Source: Candidatus Rokubacteria bacterium GWC2_70_16 (lineage in GTDB: Bacteria > Methylomirabilota > Methylomirabilia > Rokubacteriales > CSP1-6). From it: a stretch of DNA of 44,789 nt. The notes beneath the pieces are model-generated. The model had not been told where the DNA came from. It made no database searches and saw only the letters and a list, made by a program, of their open reading frames with translations. Below, piece by piece: positions 1 to 8,795 of the stretch. Each line of letters opens with the position of its first letter. Position 1 is the stretch's first letter. Made by a program: the position numbers and the translations under genes. Where the stretch lies: the NCBI GenBank assembly GCA_001788415.1, contig MGBV01000283.1, positions 1-44,789 on the forward strand. Direction: 5' to 3'.

Positions 1-68
1 CGCTGGTCCGCGAGGCCTACCTCGGCATCGCCGGCGGCGTCCCCCCCTCGGGCGCGCCTGGCAGGTGA
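1..68 (+). CDS. 3' end of a LivG/LivF-type ABC-transporter ATP-binding protein (partial, starts upstream of window)
   Basis: Frame 3 reads ...LVREAYLGIAGGVPPSGAPGR* and ends at TGA 66-68. The xEAYLG C-terminal motif matches the ends of the two complete Liv-type ATPases in this window (IEAYLG, RTAYLG). Confidence 0.5.
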   Translation, partial: LVREAYLGIAGGVPPSGAPGR

Positions 69-72
69 GCCC

Positions 73-495
73 GTGAGAAGCCGCGACCCGTCGGCCGTCC
101 CCGCCTCCCTCCGGGCGCAGCTCGAGGGAGAGCCCTGGGCACGCACGCTGGGGGTCGAGTACGAGGAGATCGCCCCGGGCTACTGCCGGGTGGCTCTGAC
201 GGTAAAGCCGCACATGCTCAACCACCGGGGCTTCCCCCACGGCGGCGTGATCTTCTCGCTGGCTGACGTGGCCTTCGGCGCGGCCTGCAACGCCCACGGC
301 GAGACGGCGCTGGCCCTCACGACGACGATCACCTACGTGGCCGCCGTGGCGCCAGGCTCGCGGCTGATCGCCGAGGGCAGGGAGCGCAAGCAGGGCCGGC
401 GCGTGGGATTCTACGACATCCGCGTGCGCACCGCGGAGGGCGTCCTCGTGGCCTCCGTGAGCTGTCTCTCCCACCGGGTCACCGGGCGGAAGTAG
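73..495 (+). CDS. paaI: PaaI/hotdog-fold acyl-CoA thioesterase
   Basis: 140 aa with a GTG start 4 nt after the upstream stop. Carries the hotdog thioesterase core NHRGFPHGGVIFSLADVAFGAA, and the size is typical of the PaaI family. Confidence 0.75.
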   Translation: MRSRDPSAVPASLRAQLEGEPWARTLGVEYEEIAPGYCRVALTVKPHMLNHRGFPHGGVIFSLADVAFGAACNAHGETALALTTTITYVAAVAPGSRLIAEGRERKQGRRVGFYDIRVRTAEGVLVASVSCLSHRVTGRK

Positions 496-524
496 GGGGC
501 AGCCGGCCCCGCGCCACGAGGGTG

Positions 525-554
525 TTGACAGGTCGCGCGCGGCGCTGATATGTC
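525..554 (+). promoter_or_regulatory. Putative sigma70-type promoter of the gntR-led operon
   Basis: Perfect -35 TTGACA (525-530), an 18-nt spacer, then TG-a-TATGTC (546-554) as an extended -10-like element. It lies about 40 nt upstream of the gntR ATG (593) in the 97-nt intergenic gap. Confidence 0.4.
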
Positions 555-560
555 TAGACA
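551..560. promoter_or_regulatory. Candidate GntR/HutC operator (perfect 10-bp palindrome TGTCTAGACA)
   Basis: TGTCTAGACA is self-complementary and contains the GT-N-TA-N-AC core described for HutC/GntR operators. It overlaps the putative -10 element directly upstream of the GntR gene. Confidence 0.45.
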
Positions 561-592
561 ACCGCGGCGCCCCCCGGGGTCCCGCGCAAGCC

Positions 593-1330
593 ATGACCGA
601 GCGCCGCGCCGCCCCGCGCTACCTGAGGATCGCCGACGCCCTGCGCGCCCGCATCCGCGCCAGCCGCCGGGGCGGGGCCGAGCGTCTGCCTTCGGAGCAT
701 GCCCTCTGCCGTCAGTTCCGCGTGAGCCGGATGACCGTCAGGCAGGCCCTGGACGTCCTCTGCCGCGAGGGGCTCCTGTCCCGGCAAGTGGGCCGCGGCA
801 CCTTCACCTCGCCCGTCCCCGCCGAGCGCAGGCTCCGCGTGATCGGGTCCGTGGAGGACATGCTGGCGCTGGGCGACGAGACGTGGTTCAAGCCGCTGGA
901 GCGCATGCTCACGCCGGCGCCCGCGGACGCGGCGGCGGCGCTCCGGCTCGCGCCCGGCGCGCCGGTGGCGCGCTTCACGGGCATCCGTCACGGGGACGAC
1001 GGGCCCTTCCAGCACGTGACCGCCTACGTGCCCGAGGCCATCGGCCGCCGGATCCTGGAGGCGGACCTGTCGGCGACCTCGGTGATCGGAACGGTGGAGC
1101 GGGAGCTGGGGCTCGCGGTGAAGTACCTCGAGCAGGCCATCGAGGTGATGCGGTGCCCGCGGGGCATCGCGCGGCTCCTGGCCGTGGCGGCGGGGTCGCC
1201 CATTCTCCGCTTCCGCCGCACCTACTTCACGGCGTCCGGAGAGCCCGTGGAGCACGCCGTGACCTTCCACTGGGCCGGGCGCTACCCCTACGCCATGATG
1301 CTCTTCCGCTCGGAAGCCACCCCCCGGTAG
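593..1330 (+). CDS. GntR-family (HutC subfamily, UTRA effector domain) transcriptional regulator
   Basis: 245 aa. N-terminal winged-helix signature LPSEHALCRQFRVSRMTVRQALDVLCREGLLSRQVGRGTFT, followed by a C-terminal UTRA-like domain. Confidence 0.9.
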   Translation: MTERRAAPRYLRIADALRARIRASRRGGAERLPSEHALCRQFRVSRMTVRQALDVLCREGLLSRQVGRGTFTSPVPAERRLRVIGSVEDMLALGDETWFKPLERMLTPAPADAAAALRLAPGAPVARFTGIRHGDDGPFQHVTAYVPEAIGRRILEADLSATSVIGTVERELGLAVKYLEQAIEVMRCPRGIARLLAVAAGSPILRFRRTYFTASGEPVEHAVTFHWAGRYPYAMMLFRSEATPR

Positions 1331-1331
1331 C

Positions 1332-3410
1332 ATGGCCCAGTCCCAGTACCGCATCGGGTTCGACGTCGGGGGAACGTTCACCGACTTCGTCCTCCAGACC
1401 CCCACGGGGGAGATCCGCACCGCGAAGCGGCTGACGACGTACCCCGATCCCTCCCAGGCCTGCCTGGCCGGGCTCGATGACCTCCTGGCGCGCGCCGGCT
1501 GCCCGTGGACGGCGCTCGCGCAGGCCGTCCACGGCACCACCATCGGGTCCAACCTGGTCATCGAGCGCAAGGGGCGCGACGTGGCGCTGATCACGACGCG
1601 GGGCTTCCGCGACGTGCTCATCATCGGGCGGTCGAAGCGCTACCAGGTCTACGATCTCCAGATCGAGAAGCCCAGGCCCCTCATCCCGCGCCGGCTCATC
1701 GCCGAGGTCCCCGAGCGGGTGCTGGCGGATGGCTCGGTGCTCGAGCGGCTGGACGAGGACGAGGCTCGCCGGGTGATCCGAGGCCTGGCCGCTCGAGGGG
1801 TGAGGACGGTGGCGGTGTGCCTGCTTCACGCCTACGTGAACCCCGCCCACGAGCGGCGGCTCGCCGACATCGTCGCCGAGGAGGCCCCGGGGATTTCGGT
1901 CAGCCTCTCTCACGAGGTCTCGCCGACTTTCCGGGAGTACGAGCGCAGCAGCACCACCGTGGTCAACGCCTACATCATGGGCGCCATCCGCGAGTACCTG
2001 GAGAGCCTGCGGGGGGAGATGGGGCGGCGCGGGTACGGAGGGCGGCTCTTCATCATGCAGTCCTCGGGCGGCATCGCCACGGCCGAGGCCATGGAGCGCT
2101 ATCCGGTGCGGATGATCGAGTCGGGTCCGGCGGCGGGCACGCTCATGGCGGCCGCCTATGGCGAGCTCTCGGGGCACAGGGATCTCATCGCCTTCGACAT
2201 GGGCGGGACGACGGCCAAGCTCGCCCTCATCCATGGCGGCCGCCCGCTGGTCACCTCCCTCTTCGAGCTCCACCGGGTGGGCGGCGCGGCGGGCAGCGGG
2301 CTCCCCATGAACATCCAGGCGCTGGACCTGGTGGAGATCGGCGCGGGCGGCGGCTCCATAGCCACGGCGCGGCTCGGGGTGATCGGCGTGGGGCCCGAGA
2401 GCGCCTCCTCCACGCCGGGGCCCGCCTGCTACGCGCGAGGCGGGACGGCGCCCACCGTCACCGACGCCGATCTCGTCCTCGGCTATCTCAACCCCGACCG
2501 CTTCGCCGGCGGGAGCATGAGGCTCGACGTGGCGAAGGCCCGGGAGGCCATCGAGGAGCGCGTCGCCCGACCCCTGGGGCTCACGCTCGCGGAGGCGGCC
2601 TGGGGCATCCACTTGGTGGTCAACAGCAACATGGAGCTGGCCACGCGCGTGGTGTCCATCGAGCGGGGGCACGACCCGCGCCACCTCACGCTGGTGGCCT
2701 TCGGCGGCTCGGGGCCGGTGCATGGGTGCCGGCTCGCCCAGGCGCTCAGGATCCCTCGGGTGATCCTGCCCGCTGCGGCGGGCGTGACGGCGGCGCTGGG
2801 CCTCCTGTCGGCCGAGGTGAAGTTCGACGTGGCCCGGAGCTATGTGCGGCGGCTCGACGCCGTGGATCCGGGACATCTCGGCACCATGTACCGCGAGATG
2901 GAAGCCCAGGCGCTCCAGGTGGTGCACGAGTCGGCGGTGGAAGGGGAGATCGGGATCCAGCGGACGGCCGACCTGCGCTACGTGGGGCAGGGGTACGAGC
3001 TCAACGTCCCGGTGCCGCCGGGCGCGCTCGGTGAGCACCAGCTCGCACGGGTGCGCGAGGCCTTCGACGGCGCCTATCAGCTGCGCTACGGGGTGGCCGC
3101 CCCCGAGGAGCCGGTGGAGGTGGTCACCTGGAAGTTGACCGCGGTGGGCGCGGGGCCTCGCCTCGCGCTGCCGCGCGCGCCGCGGGGGGGCGGGGCGGCG
3201 GCGGCGCTGGAAGGGCGGCGCCAGGCCTATTTCCCCGAGAAGGGCGGCTACGTGGACGCGCCGGTGTACGACCGCTACCGGCTTCCGGCCGGCGCCGAGA
3301 TCCAAGGGCCGGCCATCGTGGAGGAGCGGGAGTCCACCACCGTGCTCCCGCCCGGCTGCGGCGCGCGGGTGGACGACTGGGGCAGCCTCATCGTCGAGGT
3401 GGGCGCATGA
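1332..3410 (+). CDS. hyuA: Hydantoinase A / oxoprolinase family protein (HyuA-type), copy 1
   Basis: 692 aa. N-terminal IGFDVGGTFTDFV motif and HyuA-like length. The start lies 1 nt after the gntR stop. Confidence 0.9.
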   Translation: MAQSQYRIGFDVGGTFTDFVLQTPTGEIRTAKRLTTYPDPSQACLAGLDDLLARAGCPWTALAQAVHGTTIGSNLVIERKGRDVALITTRGFRDVLIIGRSKRYQVYDLQIEKPRPLIPRRLIAEVPERVLADGSVLERLDEDEARRVIRGLAARGVRTVAVCLLHAYVNPAHERRLADIVAEEAPGISVSLSHEVSPTFREYERSSTTVVNAYIMGAIREYLESLRGEMGRRGYGGRLFIMQSSGGIATAEAMERYPVRMIESGPAAGTLMAAAYGELSGHRDLIAFDMGGTTAKLALIHGGRPLVTSLFELHRVGGAAGSGLPMNIQALDLVEIGAGGGSIATARLGVIGVGPESASSTPGPACYARGGTAPTVTDADLVLGYLNPDRFAGGSMRLDVAKAREAIEERVARPLGLTLAEAAWGIHLVVNSNMELATRVVSIERGHDPRHLTLVAFGGSGPVHGCRLAQALRIPRVILPAAAGVTAALGLLSAEVKFDVARSYVRRLDAVDPGHLGTMYREMEAQALQVVHESAVEGEIGIQRTADLRYVGQGYELNVPVPPGALGEHQLARVREAFDGAYQLRYGVAAPEEPVEVVTWKLTAVGAGPRLALPRAPRGGGAAAALEGRRQAYFPEKGGYVDAPVYDRYRLPAGAEIQGPAIVEERESTTVLPPGCGARVDDWGSLIVEVGA

Positions 3411-5125
3411 CAGCGCCGGTAAATGCGCTGACGCTGTCGGTGATCTGGGGGGCGCTCCAGTCCATCGCCGTCGAGATCGGGACCACGGTGCACCGGACCG
3501 CCTACTCGGAGCAGGCGCGCGAGGGGCAGGACTTCTCGGTCGCCGTCTTCGATCCCCGGGGACGGATGGTGGCCCAGGGCCCGTACAGCCCGGGCCACAT
3601 GGGCGCCATGTCCTTCGCCGTGAAGAACGCGCTGGTCGTTCACCCGGTGGAGACGCTCAGGCCCGGAGATGCCATCCTGCTCAACGATCCCCTCCTCGGC
3701 TCTGGCCATTTCCCCGACTTCTTCATCACGCAGCCGGCCTTCCTGGACGGGCGGCTCATGGGCTTCGTGGTCAATATCCTCCACCACACGGACGTGGGGG
3801 GCCAGCGGCCAGGCAGCCAGGGGGTCGTGGGGATCTTCGACTATTTCCAGGAGGGCTTGCGGATCCCGCCCACCAGGGTCTGGAGCGAGTACCGGGAGAA
3901 CGAGGCCGTGGTGGGCATCATCGCCGCCAACACGCGCACCCCAGACAAGGTGCTGGGCGATCTCCGCGCCCAGCGGAGCGCGCTGCGCGTCGGGGAGCAG
4001 CGTCTCGTGGAGCTGGCCGAGCGCTACGGGTCCGAGACGCTCCACGCCGCCATGGAGGAGATCCTCAGCCGAACCGAGTCAAGTATGCGATCTGCCATCC
4101 GGAAGATCCCAGATGGCGCCTACCACTTCGAGGACTTCATGGATGACTTCGGGCCGGGCACCCCTCCGCTTCGCGTGGCGGTGACGGTCACCGTCAGCGG
4201 CGACGAGGTGCAGGTGGACTTCACAGGCTCGGCCCCCCAGACGGCCTCGGGGCTCAACTCCTATATCAACTACACCCGCTCCTACTCCTACGCCGCCGTC
4301 AAGTGCCTCACCGATCCGCTGGGCCCCATGAACGAGGGCGCGCTCCGGCCCATCGCCGTCGAGGCGCCGCTCGGCTCGTTCCTCAATCCCCGCCCGCCCG
4401 CCGGCGGCGGACCGCGGGCCGTCATCTGCTACCGGATCTTCGAGGCGGTGATCGGGGCCCTGGCCCCGGCCGTGCCAGACCGGGTCGCCGCGGCCTCCTC
4501 CCACATGGCCAACCCGACATTCGGGGGCTACGATCCAGCGCGGAAGCGGCGCTTCGTGGCCTACGAGCTGGTGCTGGGGGGCACCGGCGCCAGGGCCACG
4601 AAGGACGGGGTGGAGGCCATGTGCGCGGCCTTCAACGCCTCCAACATCCCGGTGGAGGCCCAGGAGCAGAACCATCCGATCGTCGTCGAGCGCTTCGAGC
4701 TGATCCCCGACTCGGCCGGACCGGGCCGATTCCGCGGCGGCTGCGGCATCAGGCGGGACATGAAGTTCCTGGCCGAGGACGGCAAGCTGACGAATCTCTC
4801 CGAGCGGCAGCGCTTCGCCCCATGGGGGCTGTTCGGGGGGAAGAGCGGGAGCCTCGCCCGTACCGTGATCAACCCCGGCGCCGAGGCACGCGTGGTGCAC
4901 GGAAAAACCTCGGAGGACTTCGGCCACGGCGATGTGATCTCGTTCCAGCTCTCCGGATCCGGGGGCTACGGCGACCCCTTCGAGCGCGATCCGGCGCGCG
5001 TGCTCGAGGACGTGCTGGACGGCTACGTCAGTCTCGATCAGGCGCGGACCGCATACGGCGTGGTGGTGGATCCGGCGACGATGACGGTGAACACGAAGGC
5101 GACGGAGGGCCTGCGACATGCGTGA
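3407..5125 (+). CDS. hyuB: Hydantoinase B / oxoprolinase family protein (HyuB-type), copy 1
   Basis: 572 aa with an ATGA start/stop overlap with hyuA. Carries the HyuB-type motif LNDPLLGSGHFPDFF. Confidence 0.9.
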   Translation: MTAPVNALTLSVIWGALQSIAVEIGTTVHRTAYSEQAREGQDFSVAVFDPRGRMVAQGPYSPGHMGAMSFAVKNALVVHPVETLRPGDAILLNDPLLGSGHFPDFFITQPAFLDGRLMGFVVNILHHTDVGGQRPGSQGVVGIFDYFQEGLRIPPTRVWSEYRENEAVVGIIAANTRTPDKVLGDLRAQRSALRVGEQRLVELAERYGSETLHAAMEEILSRTESSMRSAIRKIPDGAYHFEDFMDDFGPGTPPLRVAVTVTVSGDEVQVDFTGSAPQTASGLNSYINYTRSYSYAAVKCLTDPLGPMNEGALRPIAVEAPLGSFLNPRPPAGGGPRAVICYRIFEAVIGALAPAVPDRVAAASSHMANPTFGGYDPARKRRFVAYELVLGGTGARATKDGVEAMCAAFNASNIPVEAQEQNHPIVVERFELIPDSAGPGRFRGGCGIRRDMKFLAEDGKLTNLSERQRFAPWGLFGGKSGSLARTVINPGAEARVVHGKTSEDFGHGDVISFQLSGSGGYGDPFERDPARVLEDVLDGYVSLDQARTAYGVVVDPATMTVNTKATEGLRHA

Positions 5126-6749
5126 TCGTCGGTGGAGGCGACTTGGAGCGATGGCGACGGCGCTTCTCCTCGGGACGGCAGCGGCGGCGCTGGCGGCGGA
5201 CGAGAGCCCGCGCCGCGGCGGTGAGCTGCTCTTCATCATGCCGGCGGCCGACCCGCCGTCCTATGACGCCCACCGGGAGGACACCTTCGCGGTGATCCAG
5301 CCGGCCGCCCCCCACTACAACACCCTGCTGCGCCCCGATCCGTCGGACCGCACGGGGACGAGGCTCGTGGGCGACCTGGCGGAGTCCTGGACGGTGTCGA
5401 GCGATGGACGGACCTACACGGTCAGGCTGCGGCGCGGGGTCAGGTTCCACGACGGCAGCGAGCTGACCTCCGCCGACGTGAAGGCCTCCTACGACAAGAT
5501 CGCGTTTCCGCCGGAAGGGGTCGCCTCCGCCCGCAAGGGGGAGTTCGTGAGCGTCGAGAGCATCCAGGCGCCCGACGCCCACAGCGTGGTGTTCAGGCTC
5601 AAGTGGGCGCATGCCTCGTTCCTGGGCTCGCTGGCCTCGCCCTGGAACTGGATCTACAAGGCCGAGATCCTGGCCCGCGACCCGCGCTGGTACGAGCGGA
5701 ACATCATGGGCACGGGCCCCTTCAGGTTCGCCGAGCACGTCAAGGGCTCCCACTGGGTGGGGAAGCGAAACCCGGACTACTGGGACCGTGGCAAGCCCTA
5801 TCTCGACGGCTACCGGGCGCTCTTCATCCCCTCCGCGTCGGCCCAGGTGGCCGCCATCCGGGGCGAGCGCGCCCATATCCAGTTCCGCGGCTTCACCCCG
5901 GGCGAGCGCGACGCCCTGGTCGCCGCGCTGGGGCCCAGGCTCACCGTGCAGGAGAGCGCGTGGAACTGCCACGCGATGCTGGTGTTCAACCACGAGAAGC
6001 CGCCGTTCAACGACAGACGCTTCCGCCGGGCGCTGTCGCTGGCCGTGGACCGCTATGAGGGATCGAAGGCGCTCTCGAAGATCGCCATCGTCAAGGAGGT
6101 GGTGGGGCTGCACGTGCCCGGGTCGCCGTGGGCCACGCCCGCCGAGGAGCTGGCGAAGCTGGCCGGCTACGGGCGCGACGTCGGCGCCTCGCGGGCGGAG
6201 GCCAGGCGGCTGCTCAAGGAGGCCGGGGTGCCGGAGGGCTTCAGCTTCACGCTGCTGGCCACCGGGGTCAATCAGCCCTTCGATGCCATCGCCGTGTGGC
6301 TCATCGACCAGTGGCGGCAGGTGGGGCTCAACGTGAAGCAGGAGGTCCCCGACCGCTCCCGCTATTACGACAAGCTCCGGGGCGGCGACTACCAGGTGTC
6401 CTTCGACCCCAAGTGCGGCTACCTCATCGAGCCCGACCTCGACCTCTACAAGTTTCAGAGCGGCCCCACCTCGGCCGACCCCACCGGGATCAGTCACGCC
6501 AACTACGCCCGCTACAAGGACCCGGTGCTGGACGAGCTGTTCGTCAAGCAGGGCCGGGCGCAGAGCCCGGACGAGCGGCGCCGCCACCTGCGGGAGTTCG
6601 AGCGCCGGCTCCTCGACGAGGAGGCCCATTACGCCACGACGCTTCAGTGGCATCGCATCGTGCCGCATGCGAGCCGGGTGCGGGGGTGGACCCTCACGCC
6701 CAGCCATTACCTCAACCACCAGCTGGACACCGTCTGGCTGTCCGAGTAG
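5118..6749 (+). CDS. ABC transporter substrate-binding protein, family 5 (DppA/OppA/NikA-type)
   Basis: 543 aa. Arg-rich N-terminal signal MRDRRWRRLGAMATALLLGTAAAALA (Sec or Tat type). Overall family-5 SBP appearance, and an 8-nt overlap with hyuB. Confidence 0.8.
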   Translation: MRDRRWRRLGAMATALLLGTAAAALAADESPRRGGELLFIMPAADPPSYDAHREDTFAVIQPAAPHYNTLLRPDPSDRTGTRLVGDLAESWTVSSDGRTYTVRLRRGVRFHDGSELTSADVKASYDKIAFPPEGVASARKGEFVSVESIQAPDAHSVVFRLKWAHASFLGSLASPWNWIYKAEILARDPRWYERNIMGTGPFRFAEHVKGSHWVGKRNPDYWDRGKPYLDGYRALFIPSASAQVAAIRGERAHIQFRGFTPGERDALVAALGPRLTVQESAWNCHAMLVFNHEKPPFNDRRFRRALSLAVDRYEGSKALSKIAIVKEVVGLHVPGSPWATPAEELAKLAGYGRDVGASRAEARRLLKEAGVPEGFSFTLLATGVNQPFDAIAVWLIDQWRQVGLNVKQEVPDRSRYYDKLRGGDYQVSFDPKCGYLIEPDLDLYKFQSGPTSADPTGISHANYARYKDPVLDELFVKQGRAQSPDERRRHLREFERRLLDEEAHYATTLQWHRIVPHASRVRGWTLTPSHYLNHQLDTVWLSE

Positions 6750-6762
6750 GAGGAGAACAGGC

Positions 6763-7935
6763 ATGCGCAAGGTGGCGCTGGTGGGAGCGGGCGTGACGAA
6801 GTTCGGCGTCCGCAAGGCCTCCTATCGGGACCTCATCTGGGAGGCCGGCAAGGCCTGCTTCGACTCCGCGCCCTCGGTGAAGCCGCACGACCTCGAGGGC
6901 CTCGTGGTCGGCTCGGTGATGCCGGAGCGCACGGCGTTCCAGAGCCACATCTCGTCCATGGCGGCGGAAGCCCTGGGAATCACCCCGCGCGCGCTGTCGG
7001 CCCGCACCGAGCACATGTGCGCCTCGGGCACCGTCGGCATCCGCTACGCCTATGCCTTCATCGCCGCCGGGCTCGCCGACCTGGTCATGGTCCTCGGCGT
7101 CGAGAAGCTCAACCAGCCGGCGGCGGAGGAGGCCATCCTCAACATGGGCACGGGGGTGGACCGCGACTGGGAGGCCTGCTACGGGCTCACGGCGCCCCCC
7201 TGCTTCGCCCTGGCCGCCCAGAAGCACATGGCCCGGTACGGCACCACCGAGGAGCAGCTGGCCCTGGTCGGCGTGAAGAACCACGCGCACGCGGCCCGGA
7301 ACCCCAACGCCCACTTCCAGAAGGGGGCGACGCTCGAGCAGGTGATGGGCTCGCGGATGATCGCCTCCCCGCTCAGGCTCTTCATGTGCTCTCCCATCAC
7401 GGACGGCGCCGCGGCGGTGATCCTCGCCTCGGAGGAACGGGCGCGAGACCTCACCGACCGCCCGGTGTGGATCCGCGGCACGGGCCAGGCGCTGGACGGC
7501 TTCACGCTCACCTCGCTCCACGAGGATTACGCCCACTGGCCCGCCATGAAGCGGGCGGCGGAGTCGGCCTACGGGATGGCGGGCATCGGGCCGGCGGACG
7601 TGGACCTGGCGGAGGTGCATGACTGCTTCGCCATCGCCGAGATCATCGCCTACGAGGAGCTGGGCTTCTGCGAGAAGGGCGAGGGCGGGCGCTTCGTGGC
7701 GAAGGGATGCTCGGACTATGGCGGAGACGTCGTGGTGAACCCCCGCGGCGGGCTCATGGGCTGCGGCCACCCGCTGGGGGCCACGGGCGTGGCCCAGGCC
7801 GCCGAGGTCTATGCCCAGCTCCGCGGGGAGGCCGGACCCCGCCAGGTGGCGGAGCCCTCCATCGCGCTCACCCACAACAACAGCGGCATGGGCGAGCACG
7901 TGGTGATGATCTACGGGCGGGAGGGCGCGCGATGA
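6763..7935 (+). CDS. Thiolase-like protein (SCP-x / BbsB / Ltp-type, partner of DUF35 protein)
   Basis: I chose ATG 6763 because AGGAG lies just upstream, whereas the longer ORF start at 6667 would overlap the SBP gene by 83 nt. Shows the active-site Cys region HMCASGT and the C-terminal GCGHPLGATG. Confidence 0.85.
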   Translation: MRKVALVGAGVTKFGVRKASYRDLIWEAGKACFDSAPSVKPHDLEGLVVGSVMPERTAFQSHISSMAAEALGITPRALSARTEHMCASGTVGIRYAYAFIAAGLADLVMVLGVEKLNQPAAEEAILNMGTGVDRDWEACYGLTAPPCFALAAQKHMARYGTTEEQLALVGVKNHAHAARNPNAHFQKGATLEQVMGSRMIASPLRLFMCSPITDGAAAVILASEERARDLTDRPVWIRGTGQALDGFTLTSLHEDYAHWPAMKRAAESAYGMAGIGPADVDLAEVHDCFAIAEIIAYEELGFCEKGEGGRFVAKGCSDYGGDVVVNPRGGLMGCGHPLGATGVAQAAEVYAQLRGEAGPRQVAEPSIALTHNNSGMGEHVVMIYGREGAR

Positions 7936-8372
7936 CCTACTTCCGCGCCATCGACCCGTTTCCGCTGGAGTCGGCGGACCAGAACAAGCTGCACGAGTTC
8001 TACGAGTACCTGGCGGCCGGCAGGCTGGTCACCACCTGCTGCACGGCCTGCCGGCGCCTGGCCTGGCCGCCCCGGGGCTTCTGTTCCGAGTGCGTCGCGG
8101 ACCAGTTCGAGTGGGTGGACCTGCCGCACGAGGGCACCGTGCACGGCTTCAGCATCCAGGAGACCGGGGTGCCCGCAGGCTTCCAGGTGCCCCTGGTCTT
8201 CGCCATCGTCAAGGTCGGCGGGCTCAGGATCTTCGGCCCCATCGTGGGCGCCGACCTGGCCGCGCTCAGCGTCGGCGACGCAGTGCGCTTCGCTCCGATT
8301 CGCGTGGCCGACGACCCGAAGGGCGGCGCCCGGCACCTGGTGGCCTTCGCCCCGGCGGCGAGGCCGGCATGA
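7932..8372 (+). CDS. DUF35 OB-fold / zinc-ribbon protein (BbsA-like thiolase partner)
   Basis: 146 aa with an ATGA overlap with the thiolase. C4 zinc ribbon CTAC...CSEC followed by an OB-fold-like C-terminus. Confidence 0.8.
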   Translation: MTYFRAIDPFPLESADQNKLHEFYEYLAAGRLVTTCCTACRRLAWPPRGFCSECVADQFEWVDLPHEGTVHGFSIQETGVPAGFQVPLVFAIVKVGGLRIFGPIVGADLAALSVGDAVRFAPIRVADDPKGGARHLVAFAPAARPA

Positions 8373-8782
8373 CACCGCTCAAGGTGCTCGTGGCGAAGCC
8401 AGGGCTCGACGGCCACGACCGCGGGGCCAAGGTCGTGGTGCAGGCGCTCCGCGACGCGGGCATGGAGGTGATCTACACGGGGCTCAAGCGCACCCCCGAG
8501 GCCATCGTCGCCGAGGCCGTCCAGGAGGACGTGGACGTGGTGGGGCTGTCCATCCTGTCCGGGGCCCACACGCTGCTCTGCGAGCGGGTGATCCGGGGGC
8601 TCAGCGCGGCGGGGGCCGGCAGCATCAAGGTCGCGGTGGGGGGCACGATCCCTCAGGCCGACATCGCGTCGCTGCTCGAGGCGGGGGCCTGGGCGGTATT
8701 CCCCATGGGCACGCCGCTGCCGGCGATCATCCAGGCCTTCGGGAGGCTCGGCCGCAGCGCGGAGCGCGCGGGCGCTCGCTGA
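8369..8782 (+). CDS. Cobalamin-binding small subunit of a methylmalonyl-CoA-mutase-family enzyme
   Basis: 137 aa with an ATGA overlap with the DUF35 gene. DxHxxG B12-binding motif (LDGHDRGAKV) and a Rossmann-like domain similar to the MCM C-terminal domain. Confidence 0.9.
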   Translation: MTPLKVLVAKPGLDGHDRGAKVVVQALRDAGMEVIYTGLKRTPEAIVAEAVQEDVDVVGLSILSGAHTLLCERVIRGLSAAGAGSIKVAVGGTIPQADIASLLEAGAWAVFPMGTPLPAIIQAFGRLGRSAERAGAR

Positions 8783-8795
8783 GGAGGGCGGGGCA

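Noticed and set aside
1332-5125. The idea that the HyuAB pairs are acetone or acetophenone carboxylases feeding the CoA-transferase and thiolase.
   Set aside because: The HyuB-type subunits are of hydantoinase/oxoprolinase length, not the longer carboxylase alpha length, and no small gamma-type subunit gene is present. I keep it only as a minor alternative under the operon finding.
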